A stretch of 64,000 bases of DNA, taken from positions 27,396-91,395 of IMG/VR virus record IMGVR_UViG_3300020180_000014; one strand, 5' to 3'. Shown here piece by piece: positions 9,401-17,058 of the stretch; positions within the stretch are counted from its first letter, which is position 1, and each line of letters opens with the position of its first letter. The notes beneath the pieces are model-generated. The model ran no database searches. It was given only the letters and a program-made list of their open reading frames with translations, and was not told the origin of the DNA. Source of the stretch: a virus. The translations under genes and the position numbers were made by a program.

Positions 9401-9754
9401 ATGGACGTCGAAAAACTGCAAGCTGACATGCGAGCCGCTGCTGAAGCAGGCCTCAAGCGCGATGCTGCAACGGTGCGCGCGAAGATCAACGAACGGAAGC
9501 CGCCGACGCCCCACCTGTTCGACGCGCTCGAATCGATCGGCGCAACGATGGATCCGATGTGGGAAGGCGAGTGGGAGGGCCCGGTCCTGTTCAACGATCC
9601 CAAAGGCGCCTCGCGGTTGATCCTCGTCACGCCTGCCGACCACGACGAGTTCCTGACGTGGGCGACAGCGCATCCGAACTTCACCGACGAAGAATTGCAG
9701 GAGCAAGGCCGTGCGTTCCTCGTGCGCATGTGCGCGAGGCCAGTCAACCCGTGA
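9401..9754 (+). CDS. hypothetical protein
   Basis: MDVEKLQADM...; tight operon spacing. Confidence 0.6.
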   Translation: MDVEKLQADMRAAAEAGLKRDAATVRAKINERKPPTPHLFDALESIGATMDPMWEGEWEGPVLFNDPKGASRLILVTPADHDEFLTWATAHPNFTDEELQEQGRAFLVRMCARPVNP

Positions 9755-10182
9755 GCGTTGAATGGTCGATGGAGAAGGTCGCCGAACAGTTCCGGCTCGA
9801 CGTTCGCGCACGCTTCGAGGCTGAGAACGCAGAGTGGCTCGCCGAAGAGCGTACAGGCATCGCGAAGATCAAAGCCGACTGCGATGCGGCAGGCGAGGCG
9901 TACCCGGACTGGCTTACGCCCGAGCGCAACAGCTTCTACTGGGAGATCTACAGCACCAGTGAGATCGCGATCGTCAACAACTCGGTCGACGTGCTGTTGC
10001 CGACGAACTTCGCGGTCTACCCCAACTTCATTGCGATGTTCGGCAAGACGTCAGTCGGTTGGTCGATCCCGTCGGTCGAGGCGAAAATCGTCGACGGTGA
10101 AGCGCGCCTGTTCGTGCACTTGATCCTGATCGACTACTGGGATGACGAACGCCACGCGAAGTGGCTGAAAGAGAACCCGTGA
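9751..10182 (+). CDS. hypothetical protein
   Basis: GTGA overlaps with neighbours. Confidence 0.6.
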   Translation: MSVEWSMEKVAEQFRLDVRARFEAENAEWLAEERTGIAKIKADCDAAGEAYPDWLTPERNSFYWEIYSTSEIAIVNNSVDVLLPTNFAVYPNFIAMFGKTSVGWSIPSVEAKIVDGEARLFVHLILIDYWDDERHAKWLKENP

Positions 10183-10919
10183 CAACACCACCCCGCTACT
10201 ACCTCGACACTGAGTTCATCGACGACGGCGTGACCGAGACGTTGCAGCTGATCTCGATCGGTATCATCTGCGACGACGGCCGCGAGCTGTACCTCGTCAA
10301 CAGTGAGTTCGACGAGAGCCGCTGCGACGACTGGCTCAAGGAGAACGTCCTCAAGCAGCTACCGCTGTGCACGTGTCCGGGCGGGGGCGCGTTGGATCAT
10401 CTCGGCCACAACGCGCCGGACTGCAAGTGGCGTACGCGCAATCAGATCCGGGATGCGATCATCGCGTTCGTTCCCGATCCCGGCAACGAAGTGAAGCCCG
10501 AGTTCTGGGCGTTCTTCGCGAGCTACGACTGGGTACTGTTCGCACAGCTGTTCGGCAAGATGATCAACTTGCCGAAGCACTTCCCGTGGCTCGTCAACGA
10601 CCTCAAGACGTGGGCCAAGCACCTGGGCTACACCGGCAAGTTCAAGGAGCTGTTGCCGAACACCGGTCATCATGATGCTCTCGCGGATGCGCGCTGGAAC
10701 CGCGACGTGCACAAGATCCTGATGGAGAAGCTCACGTCCACGCAGAAGCTGTTGGGGACGACACTCGTCGAAGCGATGGCGCTCTACGACGAGAAGTGCA
10801 CCGGTTGCAACCTGCAGACGTCCTGCGAATGTCCGAGCAGTGGACACGGCGCAGACTGCCGTCGCGATCGTGAAGCGGCCGTGCGCAAGGTCATAACCGA
10901 TCTGGGGCTGACGTCGTGA
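10179..10919 (+). CDS. DEDDh 3'-5' exoribonuclease (Rv2179c/RNase AS-like)
   Basis: YYLDTEFID...LISIGI...FASYDWV...HDALADARW motifs. Confidence 0.85.
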   Translation: MTTPPRYYLDTEFIDDGVTETLQLISIGIICDDGRELYLVNSEFDESRCDDWLKENVLKQLPLCTCPGGGALDHLGHNAPDCKWRTRNQIRDAIIAFVPDPGNEVKPEFWAFFASYDWVLFAQLFGKMINLPKHFPWLVNDLKTWAKHLGYTGKFKELLPNTGHHDALADARWNRDVHKILMEKLTSTQKLLGTTLVEAMALYDEKCTGCNLQTSCECPSSGHGADCRRDREAAVRKVITDLGLTS

Positions 10920-11194
10920 ATCCGGTCATCGAGAAGCTCATGCCAGATGCACGCGATACGTACTGCACGGGCGCATTGTTCAAGTACGTCCAGCACAAGT
11001 ACAACTGCGACTGGCTGCAGCCGATGTGGCACAAGGGTCCGTGCGACTGCGGACTCAAGGAGTTGATCCAGCAACTGCCTGAAGGTTTGCTGCGAATCCT
11101 CGTCGAAGCGAGCGAACACGTGCGCGCGACCGTCGAGGGTATCAAGCAGGACAAGGAACGCGACGAGCGAGAAGCCACGGAGAAAGCACCATGA
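10916..11194 (+). CDS. hypothetical protein
   Basis: QHKYNC...CDCGL small Cys/His motif; overlapping start/stop. Confidence 0.6.
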   Translation: MNPVIEKLMPDARDTYCTGALFKYVQHKYNCDWLQPMWHKGPCDCGLKELIQQLPEGLLRILVEASEHVRATVEGIKQDKERDEREATEKAP

Positions 11195-11595
11195 TGGAGA
11201 CCGGAGTCGTCGTCAGCATTCACCACGAGCCCATCTTCTGGCACGAACCCGGTGGACGTTCGAGCGGCGCGTTGCCGGATAGTCGCATGCTGTGGGACGT
11301 GTTGTGGCAGGCGAACCGCGACGGTTGGCTTTCGGGTTTCGCGCACACGCATCCAGGTGGCGGTCTGCCGGGTCCATCGCGCGAGGACATCTCGTCGTTC
11401 GTCGCGATCGAGAACGCGATCGGTCGGCCGCTCAACTGGTGGATCGTCAGCTCGGACATGACCGTGCTCGTGCGCAAGTCGACGATGGACAGCATACCGG
11501 GTCGCGAGATTTTCGGTACGACACGCATCGACGATCCTGTGTGGACGCCGGATCTGCGTCGTCGCTCGGGCATGGGCCGGACGCCGTATCGCTGA
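11191..11595 (+). CDS. JAB/MPN+ (JAMM) metallo-isopeptidase
   Basis: N-terminal E plus FAHTHPGGGLPGPSRED (HxH...SxxD) JAMM motif. Confidence 0.85.
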   Translation: MMETGVVVSIHHEPIFWHEPGGRSSGALPDSRMLWDVLWQANRDGWLSGFAHTHPGGGLPGPSREDISSFVAIENAIGRPLNWWIVSSDMTVLVRKSTMDSIPGREIFGTTRIDDPVWTPDLRRRSGMGRTPYR

Positions 11596-11612
11596 TCCCT
11601 GCTGCGACGTAG

Positions 11613-11644
11613 CTCTTGACTTGCCGAGCCTTCGTCGTTAGGGT
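11613..11644 (+). promoter_or_regulatory. sigma70-type promoter CTCTTGACT-17-TAGGGT
   Basis: 17-nt spacer; same -10 as the promoter of the RNA cluster. Confidence 0.65.
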
Positions 11645-11669
11645 CAGGGTTCATCGAGAGGACTGTGCC

Positions 11670-12113
11670 ATGGCTGATAACGAGCTGATGCGTGTGATCA
11701 AGGACGACGAGGCCCGCGTGAACGTCACGTGGAAGAACGCGAACGGCGACCTGCCGGATCCGGTGTTCCGTGACTCGTCCGAGGGTGACGTCCGTGGTTG
11801 GGTGACCGAGGCCGTCCGTAACGGTGGCGTGCCCGGTATCACTGCAGACCGCGATGCGAACTTCGCCGACTACATCGTGGATCGCTTCCCGCCGACGGAA
11901 GCGCGCCCGTACAACCTGATCCAGGTGCGCCCGAAGACGGCGTTCGGCGCTGACATCGAGGATGACGGTCCGAGCGACGCCGAGATCGAAGACCAAGAGA
12001 TCGAACGGCAGATCGAGGCTCAAGAAGAGGCTGCGATCGAGCAGCGTGCCGAGGATCAAGAGATCGAACGGCAGATCGAGGCTCAAGAAGAGGCCGCGAT
12101 CGAACAGGTCTAG
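11670..12113 (+). CDS. ubiquitin-like (beta-grasp) protein with acidic C-terminal extension
   Basis: ~93-aa domain ending LIQVRPKTAFG followed by a D/E-rich tail; adjacent to JAB; fold inferred from size, terminal strand-Gly and context. Confidence 0.6.
   Translation: MADNELMRVIKDDEARVNVTWKNANGDLPDPVFRDSSEGDVRGWVTEAVRNGGVPGITADRDANFADYIVDRFPPTEARPYNLIQVRPKTAFGADIEDDGPSDAEIEDQEIERQIEAQEEAAIEQRAEDQEIERQIEAQEEAAIEQV
11988..12110 (+). repeat. 63-nt tandem duplication encoding EDQEIERQIEAQEEAAIEQ x2
   Basis: 11988-12050 and 12051-12110 are near-identical. Confidence 0.9.
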
Positions 12114-12115
12114 TC

Positions 12116-12616
12116 GTGCTGCGCGTCGTCTCAGGTGCACTGATCCGCGACGGCTACGTGCTGATGGGTTTGCGTAAGAAGAGCGCATACCGACCTGACC
12201 TCTGGGAACTTCCCGGAGGAAAGATCGATCCGGGCGAGTCGCCGCACCAAGCGCTTGTCCGCGAGTGGAGTGAGGAGTGTGGTTGCCGCGTCGAGCCCGG
12301 CCAGTTTCTCTCGATGGCGATACTGCACGTCGACATCTCGTTCGTCATCGAGCTGTACACGATTCGGCTCGTCATGGGCACGCCGATGGCGCTCGACCAT
12401 CAGGAGCTGCGTTGGGTCAATCCGTTGTACGCCGTCCAGCGGCTGCCGTGCTCGCCTGCATTCTACCTGCACTACCCGCAGCTCGTGAAACACATCGAAG
12501 CCAGCTGGTCGATGTCGACGTGCGACGTCGTCGGAGACAGCGGTTGCACGAACGATGAGTGTTCGCGTTGCCACCCTCTCGCGAAACCTGTACGGGCTCT
12601 TCACGAGTCGTGGTGA
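12116..12616 (+). CDS. NUDIX hydrolase (MutT-like)
   Basis: WELPGGKIDPGESPHQALVREWSEECG Nudix box. Confidence 0.85.
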   Translation: MLRVVSGALIRDGYVLMGLRKKSAYRPDLWELPGGKIDPGESPHQALVREWSEECGCRVEPGQFLSMAILHVDISFVIELYTIRLVMGTPMALDHQELRWVNPLYAVQRLPCSPAFYLHYPQLVKHIEASWSMSTCDVVGDSGCTNDECSRCHPLAKPVRALHESW

Positions 12617-12954
12617 TGCCGACCGTCGGTTGGTCCGGTATTCGTCGTGCCGTCGTATGGGCGTTCGAAGCGAAGACGCTCTGGGGCAAGCTGCTGTATG
12701 CGGTCGACGAGCGCGGTTACGACGCTGTCGATGCAATTTCGGCGGCGCTGATCGTGAAGCATCCGGCAATCGCGCGAGAGATCCGACTCACCAGTACGCT
12801 GACCGCACGCACGACGAAGTCGATGGACTTCCACTCAACGTCGGTACATGGCATCGGCTCGACGGACAATTGGCCCTGGAAGGGTCAACTTGTTGAGGTG
12901 CACTTGAACGATGATCAACGACTCGTTGCCGTGTGGTACCAGGAGAAAGGATGA
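12616..12954 (+). CDS. hypothetical protein
   Basis: TGATG coupling. Confidence 0.5.
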   Translation: MPTVGWSGIRRAVVWAFEAKTLWGKLLYAVDERGYDAVDAISAALIVKHPAIAREIRLTSTLTARTTKSMDFHSTSVHGIGSTDNWPWKGQLVEVHLNDDQRLVAVWYQEKG

Positions 12955-13151
12955 CCGTGCAGCTCAGTCTCAGTGAAGTTCAGGTCGCCGTCGCTGACTA
13001 TCTTCGCAAGCGTGGCGTGGTCGTCGAGGACGCTGACCAGGTGCAGCTCGTCAACTTCAGCACGCATACCGGCTACGTCAACATTGCTCATGTCACGCCG
13101 ATGGTCGTGGTCCGTGATGCCAAACTGCCGGAGGGCGGGCCGTACCGATGA
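12951..13151 (+). CDS. small hypothetical protein
   Basis: AGGAG RBS, ATGA overlap. Confidence 0.55.
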   Translation: MTVQLSLSEVQVAVADYLRKRGVVVEDADQVQLVNFSTHTGYVNIAHVTPMVVVRDAKLPEGGPYR

Positions 13152-13456
13152 TCGAGACCGTGTTCCATACCGTGGTCTGGACCGAGACACCGACGAACAT
13201 CACGATGTCGCTCGGGCTCGAAGGTGCGCTCACGACCCGTGAAGCAGCCGAACGCGTGGCGACTGCGTACCGTGAGTTTCTGCAAGCCGACTCCGACGAC
13301 GGGCTCGTACAGGCGTACTTCGCGCGTGTGGGCATCCTGGAGATTTCGCGCGCACACCCACAGCTCAAGCACCCCGAACCGCGCGTGGACGTCGACGCGA
13401 TCGTCGCCGAGATCGAAGCGCGAACAGCACGCAAACGCGAAAAGAGGCTCTCGTGA
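13148..13456 (+). CDS. hypothetical protein
   Basis: ATGA overlap. Confidence 0.55.
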   Translation: MIETVFHTVVWTETPTNITMSLGLEGALTTREAAERVATAYREFLQADSDDGLVQAYFARVGILEISRAHPQLKHPEPRVDVDAIVAEIEARTARKREKRLS

Positions 13457-13950
13457 GACCGGACTGGGATACGTACTTCATGATCATCGCCGACGCGGTG
13501 TCGATGCGTGCGAGCTGCGACCGTGCGCGCGTTGGTGCGGTGATCGTCGTCGATAAGCGCATCATGTCGACCGGCTACAACGGCGCACCGAGCGGCGTGT
13601 CGTCGTGCGACGAGGTCGGCCATGACCTGGTCGACATCAACGGTCGTCAGAGCTGTGTGCGTGTCATCCACTCTGAGAAGAACGCCATCATCACGGCGGC
13701 GCGGCACGGGGTTCGTCTGGCAGGTGCGACGCTCTACACGACCGCGAGCACGTGCCGCGACTGCTACATGGCGGCGCTGCAGACCGGCATCGTTCGGATC
13801 GTCTACGGCTCCGAGTACATCGGCGGCAAGTCGTTCGATTTCGTTTCGGCGGCGCAAGCGAACGGCATAGAGCTGCGGCACTTACCGATCGCGGATGCGA
13901 TCAAGAACTGGACGCCGCCGCCACACGCGGTCTCTGTCAAGGCGCCATGA
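13453..13950 (+). CDS. dCMP deaminase (ComEB/DCTD family)
   Basis: RPDWDTYFM...STGYNGAPSG...HSEKNAI...CRDC zinc deaminase motifs. Confidence 0.9.
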   Translation: MRPDWDTYFMIIADAVSMRASCDRARVGAVIVVDKRIMSTGYNGAPSGVSSCDEVGHDLVDINGRQSCVRVIHSEKNAIITAARHGVRLAGATLYTTASTCRDCYMAALQTGIVRIVYGSEYIGGKSFDFVSAAQANGIELRHLPIADAIKNWTPPPHAVSVKAP

Positions 13951-14180
13951 AGTTCGGGGCGTACCACTGCGAGCGTGGTTGGGTCGTAGACACGGGCGTG
14001 GGCGGTACGTACGCATGGGACGTGGAGCAGGCTCAGTGGCATGACAGTGTTGAAGCGGGGATCGATGAATTGGTTGCGACTGACATCGTCGATGCAGTGG
14101 ATGCGTCAAGGTTCCCGGATGAACCAGCGACGGCAAAGTCTCTCGAACAGGGCGGCTGGCGATTCTTGCGATTGCTCTAG
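13947..14180 (+). CDS. small hypothetical protein
   Basis: ATGA overlap. Confidence 0.5.
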   Translation: MKFGAYHCERGWVVDTGVGGTYAWDVEQAQWHDSVEAGIDELVATDIVDAVDASRFPDEPATAKSLEQGGWRFLRLL

Positions 14181-14192
14181 GGGAAAACAACC

Positions 14193-14789
14193 ATGAAGAC
14201 CGTAACCATCGTTGGTGTCGGCGCGCTCGGCTCGCACGTCACGCAGTTTCTCCGCAACGAGGCGAACCTGCGCGTGATCGACTTCGATCGCGTCGAGGCT
14301 AAGAACATCCTGTCGCAGTTTCATGGCAAACCGGGCGGCGGCAAGCTCAAGGTCGAGGCACTCAAGGGTGCGATGCAGTTCCTGTGGGGAACGAAGCTCG
14401 ACGTGCGCAGTGCGAAGCTGGAGTCGAACAACGTGATCACGATGCTGGCGGGCAGCGACCTGATCATCGATTGTCTCGACAACGGTGCTGGCCGTCGTGT
14501 GCTTCAGGCGTACGCACGCGGTGACGTTGCACATGCACCGGGGCATCGCGAGCAGACGCCGTTGCTCCACGGCGCACTTGCTGCTGACGGTGCGTTCGGC
14601 CGTGTGATCTGGGATGAGAACTTCGTAATCGACGAGAACGACGGCGGTGCCGCGACATGCGAGGACGGCGAGCACCTGCCGTTCATCGTGATGGTGTCGA
14701 GCTTGATCGCACAGTCCGCGAAGGTCTACCTGAAGACGGGCAAGAAGCTCGGCTGGTCGATCGCACCTACGAACATCGTCGGGGTGTAG
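14193..14789 (+). CDS. ThiF/MoeB/E1-like adenylyltransferase
   Basis: IVGVGALGS, DFDRVEAKN..Q, KVEAL, IDCLDN...R, candidate thioester Cys in ATCEDGEH. Confidence 0.9.
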   Translation: MKTVTIVGVGALGSHVTQFLRNEANLRVIDFDRVEAKNILSQFHGKPGGGKLKVEALKGAMQFLWGTKLDVRSAKLESNNVITMLAGSDLIIDCLDNGAGRRVLQAYARGDVAHAPGHREQTPLLHGALAADGAFGRVIWDENFVIDENDGGAATCEDGEHLPFIVMVSSLIAQSAKVYLKTGKKLGWSIAPTNIVGV

Positions 14790-14801
14790 TAGGCTCGCTA
14801 C

Positions 14802-15011
14802 GTGAATGAGATCGTGATCAGATCGACGTGGATCGTCGGTAACGGTGACTGCATCGAAGCTGGTGCGCGCAAGCTGAGTGGCAAGAAGATGAAGCCCCGC
14901 AAGAAGCGTGGCAAGCCGATCTCGCCTGCAGCACGGTTGGAGATGCAGGCGAACATCGCTGCAGCTCGCGAACGCCGTCGTTGTGGGAGCGAGATCACGC
15001 GAAGGAGCTGA
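14802..15011 (+). CDS. small basic hypothetical protein
   Basis: 69-aa ORF coupled to next gene. Confidence 0.4.
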   Translation: MNEIVIRSTWIVGNGDCIEAGARKLSGKKMKPRKKRGKPISPAARLEMQANIAAARERRRCGSEITRRS

Positions 15012-15394
15012 TGCCGCTCCCCGCCGGTAAGCCTCGGACGTTGACAGGTCGTGTCGCCTATCGCATGGTCGACGCGCTCGAAGAAGCATTCAAGCGGGTT
15101 AACCAGGCCGACTTCGAGTACATCCTCATGCTCGGTGCAGCGCAGGCGACAAAGACAGCGCTCACGCCCGAGGACTTCGACAACGATCAGGGCATCGACG
15201 CGTTGACAGCGATCTTCGCGATGCTGACGAAGGAACACGATCGCGACGTGATCCACGTGACGCCGGAGTGGCGACGCGTCGTGGTCTCCGCGCGGCGGTT
15301 GATGCCGCAACGAACAGGTGAACGGTTCTGGCGTTGGAAGGCGAACGGCGAGGCAAACCTGGTGCACGTCGTCGTGATCCCGGGTTTGCCATGA
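15011..15394 (+). CDS. hypothetical protein
   Basis: AAGGAG RBS then MPLPAGKP... Confidence 0.6.
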   Translation: MPLPAGKPRTLTGRVAYRMVDALEEAFKRVNQADFEYILMLGAAQATKTALTPEDFDNDQGIDALTAIFAMLTKEHDRDVIHVTPEWRRVVVSARRLMPQRTGERFWRWKANGEANLVHVVVIPGLP

Positions 15395-15396
15395 AC

Positions 15397-15428
15397 CTCT
15401 TGACAAGGTCAGAACCCTTCGCTAGGGT
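15397..15428 (+). promoter_or_regulatory. sigma70-type promoter CTCTTGACA-17-TAGGGT driving the ncRNA cluster
   Basis: perfect -35 at 15400-15405, 17-nt spacer; predicted start ~15435, at the 5' end of RNA1. Confidence 0.75.
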
Positions 15429-15436
15429 GCTTTTCA

Positions 15437-15530
15437 GCTGGTCACCACCAGCGTCGAGCTTACAAGCGCCCGCATGGGCATCATTCCTACCATCTGGAAA
15501 GAAACCAGCTCGACGCACTCGGTGACCGGT
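15437..15530 (+). ncRNA. structured RNA1 (Y-RNA-like long terminal stem with ACCA/ACUC internal loop)
   Basis: 15437-46 pairs with 15521-30 and 15451-60 with 15507-16, separated by 4x4 loop ACCA/ACTC. Confidence 0.65.
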
Positions 15531-15536
15531 CATCAC

Positions 15537-15664
15537 GAAGGATAAGGAGACTGGGTCTCCGCTTCCCTTACCCGGAAAGTTACCCTCACAGTAACAACTC
15601 GCTGCTTCGGCAGCACCCGCGACTGTGCACACGCTGGTTGGTTCGATTCCAACATCCTTCACGA
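15537..15664 (+). ncRNA. tRNA-like RNA2 with 6-bp D stem and very large variable arm
   Basis: acceptor GAAGGAT/ATCCTTC, D GGAGAC-TGG-GTCTCC, loop CTTACCC, T arm GTTGG-TTCGATT-CCAAC; ~58-nt extra arm with ACTC/ACCC loop and UUCG cap. Confidence 0.7.
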
Positions 15665-15697
15665 CGCTCTGTTTGCGACACTGACAACTGAAGACTC

Positions 15698-15830
15698 GGG
15701 GATTTACCGCCGGTCGGTTCCGGCACTTGAATACGGATCAAGCTATCCAACAGCGGCACTCGGCGCCTTCAAAACACGCCACCAGTCGATTGTTTACAAG
15801 CCCGAGGTTCGACTCCTCAAATCCCCACCG
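15698..15830 (+). ncRNA. tRNA-like RNA3 (8/4 acceptor/T geometry) with very large variable arm
   Basis: acceptor GGGGATTT/AAATCCCC, D GCCGG/CCGGC, stem CTTGA-ATACGGA-TCAAG, T arm GAGG-TTCGACT-CCTC; extra arm with ACTC/ACCA loop. Confidence 0.7.
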
Positions 15831-15951
15831 AGACCGTCACCGCATACGCGCTCACACGCAAGCTCAATTGGTAGAGCAACGGCCTTATAAGCCGTAGGAT
15901 TCGGTTCAAATCCGAAGCTACACAACACAGCGCGTATCACTCGACGGTTTC
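15830..15951 (+). ncRNA. RNA4: tRNA core (D, anticodon loop CUUAUAA, T arms) closed by a Y-like stem instead of an acceptor stem
   Basis: GCTC-AATTGGTA-GAGC, ACGGC-CTTATAA-GCCGT, TTCGG-TTCAAAT-CCGAA, enclosed by ATACGCGCT/AGCGCGTAT and GAGACCGTC/GACGGTTTC with ACCG/ACTC loop. Confidence 0.7.
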
Positions 15952-15955
15952 ACTA

Positions 15956-16019
15956 TGACCCCGAAGTCCAAGCGACACTGCATTGCAGTCTAGCCCACAC
16001 GGAGGGGTCAACCCTTTTT
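15956..16019 (+). terminator. stem-loop followed by short U tract ending the RNA cluster (possible terminator or fifth RNA)
   Basis: TGACCCC...GGGGTCA stem then CCCTTTTT. Confidence 0.35.
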
Positions 16020-16031
16020 CGGAGAAGTGTC

Positions 16032-16478
16032 ATGCGTACCAGCGATCCCAAGCCGTACACGGCACCGCACGAACGCATCGCAGCGCACAAGCAGTGGAAC
16101 ATCGAGTACAACGCACACGTCGCGGCGCTCGAAGCGGAGTACGGTGTTCCGTACGAGAAGCTGCCGATGGCGTTGAAGCACGGGGCGCCGAAGCATCCAC
16201 GCCGGACGAAGGCTCGCCGTTTCGACTACCGCGTGTATGACCGCACGTGGCGCATCCGCTCGCTCATCGAGCAGCGTCGTCGCGGTGTCGAGCGCAATGG
16301 CTGGCGCACTGAGCGTCGTACGTTCCTCGCCGACGTCGAGCGGTTCCGCCGCGCCGAGGTCGAGGTCCGCAAGCAGCGCGCTGTGAAGAAGGGCCGTGGC
16401 AAGCCGCTACCGAAGAACCACTTCGCGTCGCGGCGTAATGCCGTCGAGAAGCGTGAGTTCCGCGAGAAGAGCTGGTGA
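16032..16478 (+). CDS. very basic hypothetical protein
   Basis: GGAG RBS, Arg/Lys-rich 148 aa. Confidence 0.6.
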   Translation: MRTSDPKPYTAPHERIAAHKQWNIEYNAHVAALEAEYGVPYEKLPMALKHGAPKHPRRTKARRFDYRVYDRTWRIRSLIEQRRRGVERNGWRTERRTFLADVERFRRAEVEVRKQRAVKKGRGKPLPKNHFASRRNAVEKREFREKSW

Positions 16479-16696
16479 AGCGCGGAACCCGGCGGTGGCG
16501 ACGCTTTCTGCGTCGCGAACCACACAACGCGAGCTGGTGCGACTCGATGTGCGATGCGCACAGCGGCCGTGGTGATCGTCGACACGCACGCGCACGCGGT
16601 GATCGTATAACGGATCACGAAATCGCATCTGGCATCGAAGTCCACGCGATCGAGCACGTCGACACCGTCATCGCGTGTATCGTACCGGCGTGTTGA
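16475..16696 (+). CDS. small hypothetical protein
   Basis: GTGA overlap. Confidence 0.4.
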   Translation: MKRGTRRWRRFLRREPHNASWCDSMCDAHSGRGDRRHARARGDRITDHEIASGIEVHAIEHVDTVIACIVPAC

Positions 16697-17031
16697 TTCA
16701 AGGTGGAATCGTCCTCTGCAAGTGCGGCGAGAACGCTGCACGCTACATCAACGAGCGTGGCGAGCTGTGCTGCGGGATCTGCCCGATCAAGCAGGGTCTT
16801 GATGCGATCAAGCTCGACGACGTGCCGCAGCTGCTCGGTTGGGCGCGTATCACGCTGGAGTACCTGCACGGGCAGCACGTACCGGCGGGCGATTCGATCC
16901 GGAAGATGCTCGGTGAACGTGCTGCTGTCGTGTGCACGGATCTCGAATGCAACAAGAAGTGCAACTGTCACAACCGAGGCTGGGGCGGTCACAGTGAATC
17001 GATGTGCGTGCACTTGACGGCTGCGTTGTAG
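16690..17031 (+). CDS. Cys-rich hypothetical protein
   Basis: CKCG...CCGICP and C-terminal Cys/His cluster. Confidence 0.55.
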   Translation: MLIQGGIVLCKCGENAARYINERGELCCGICPIKQGLDAIKLDDVPQLLGWARITLEYLHGQHVPAGDSIRKMLGERAAVVCTDLECNKKCNCHNRGWGGHSESMCVHLTAAL

Positions 17032-17058
17032 CTCTTGACTCGTGGTAGCGTCGCGCGC

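Noticed and set aside
15162-15662. 166-aa minus-strand ORF over the RNA cluster
   Set aside because: Antisense to a promoter-driven structured RNA region and to a plus-strand gene; no protein features
15537-15830. tmRNA or tRNA-Sec
   Set aside because: Too short for tmRNA, no tag ORF, and the anticodon loops are not UCA
15853-15925. canonical tRNA-Ile(UAU)
   Set aside because: D, anticodon and T arms are good, but the flanks cannot form an acceptor stem and no CCA follows; reported as a tRNA-like ncRNA instead
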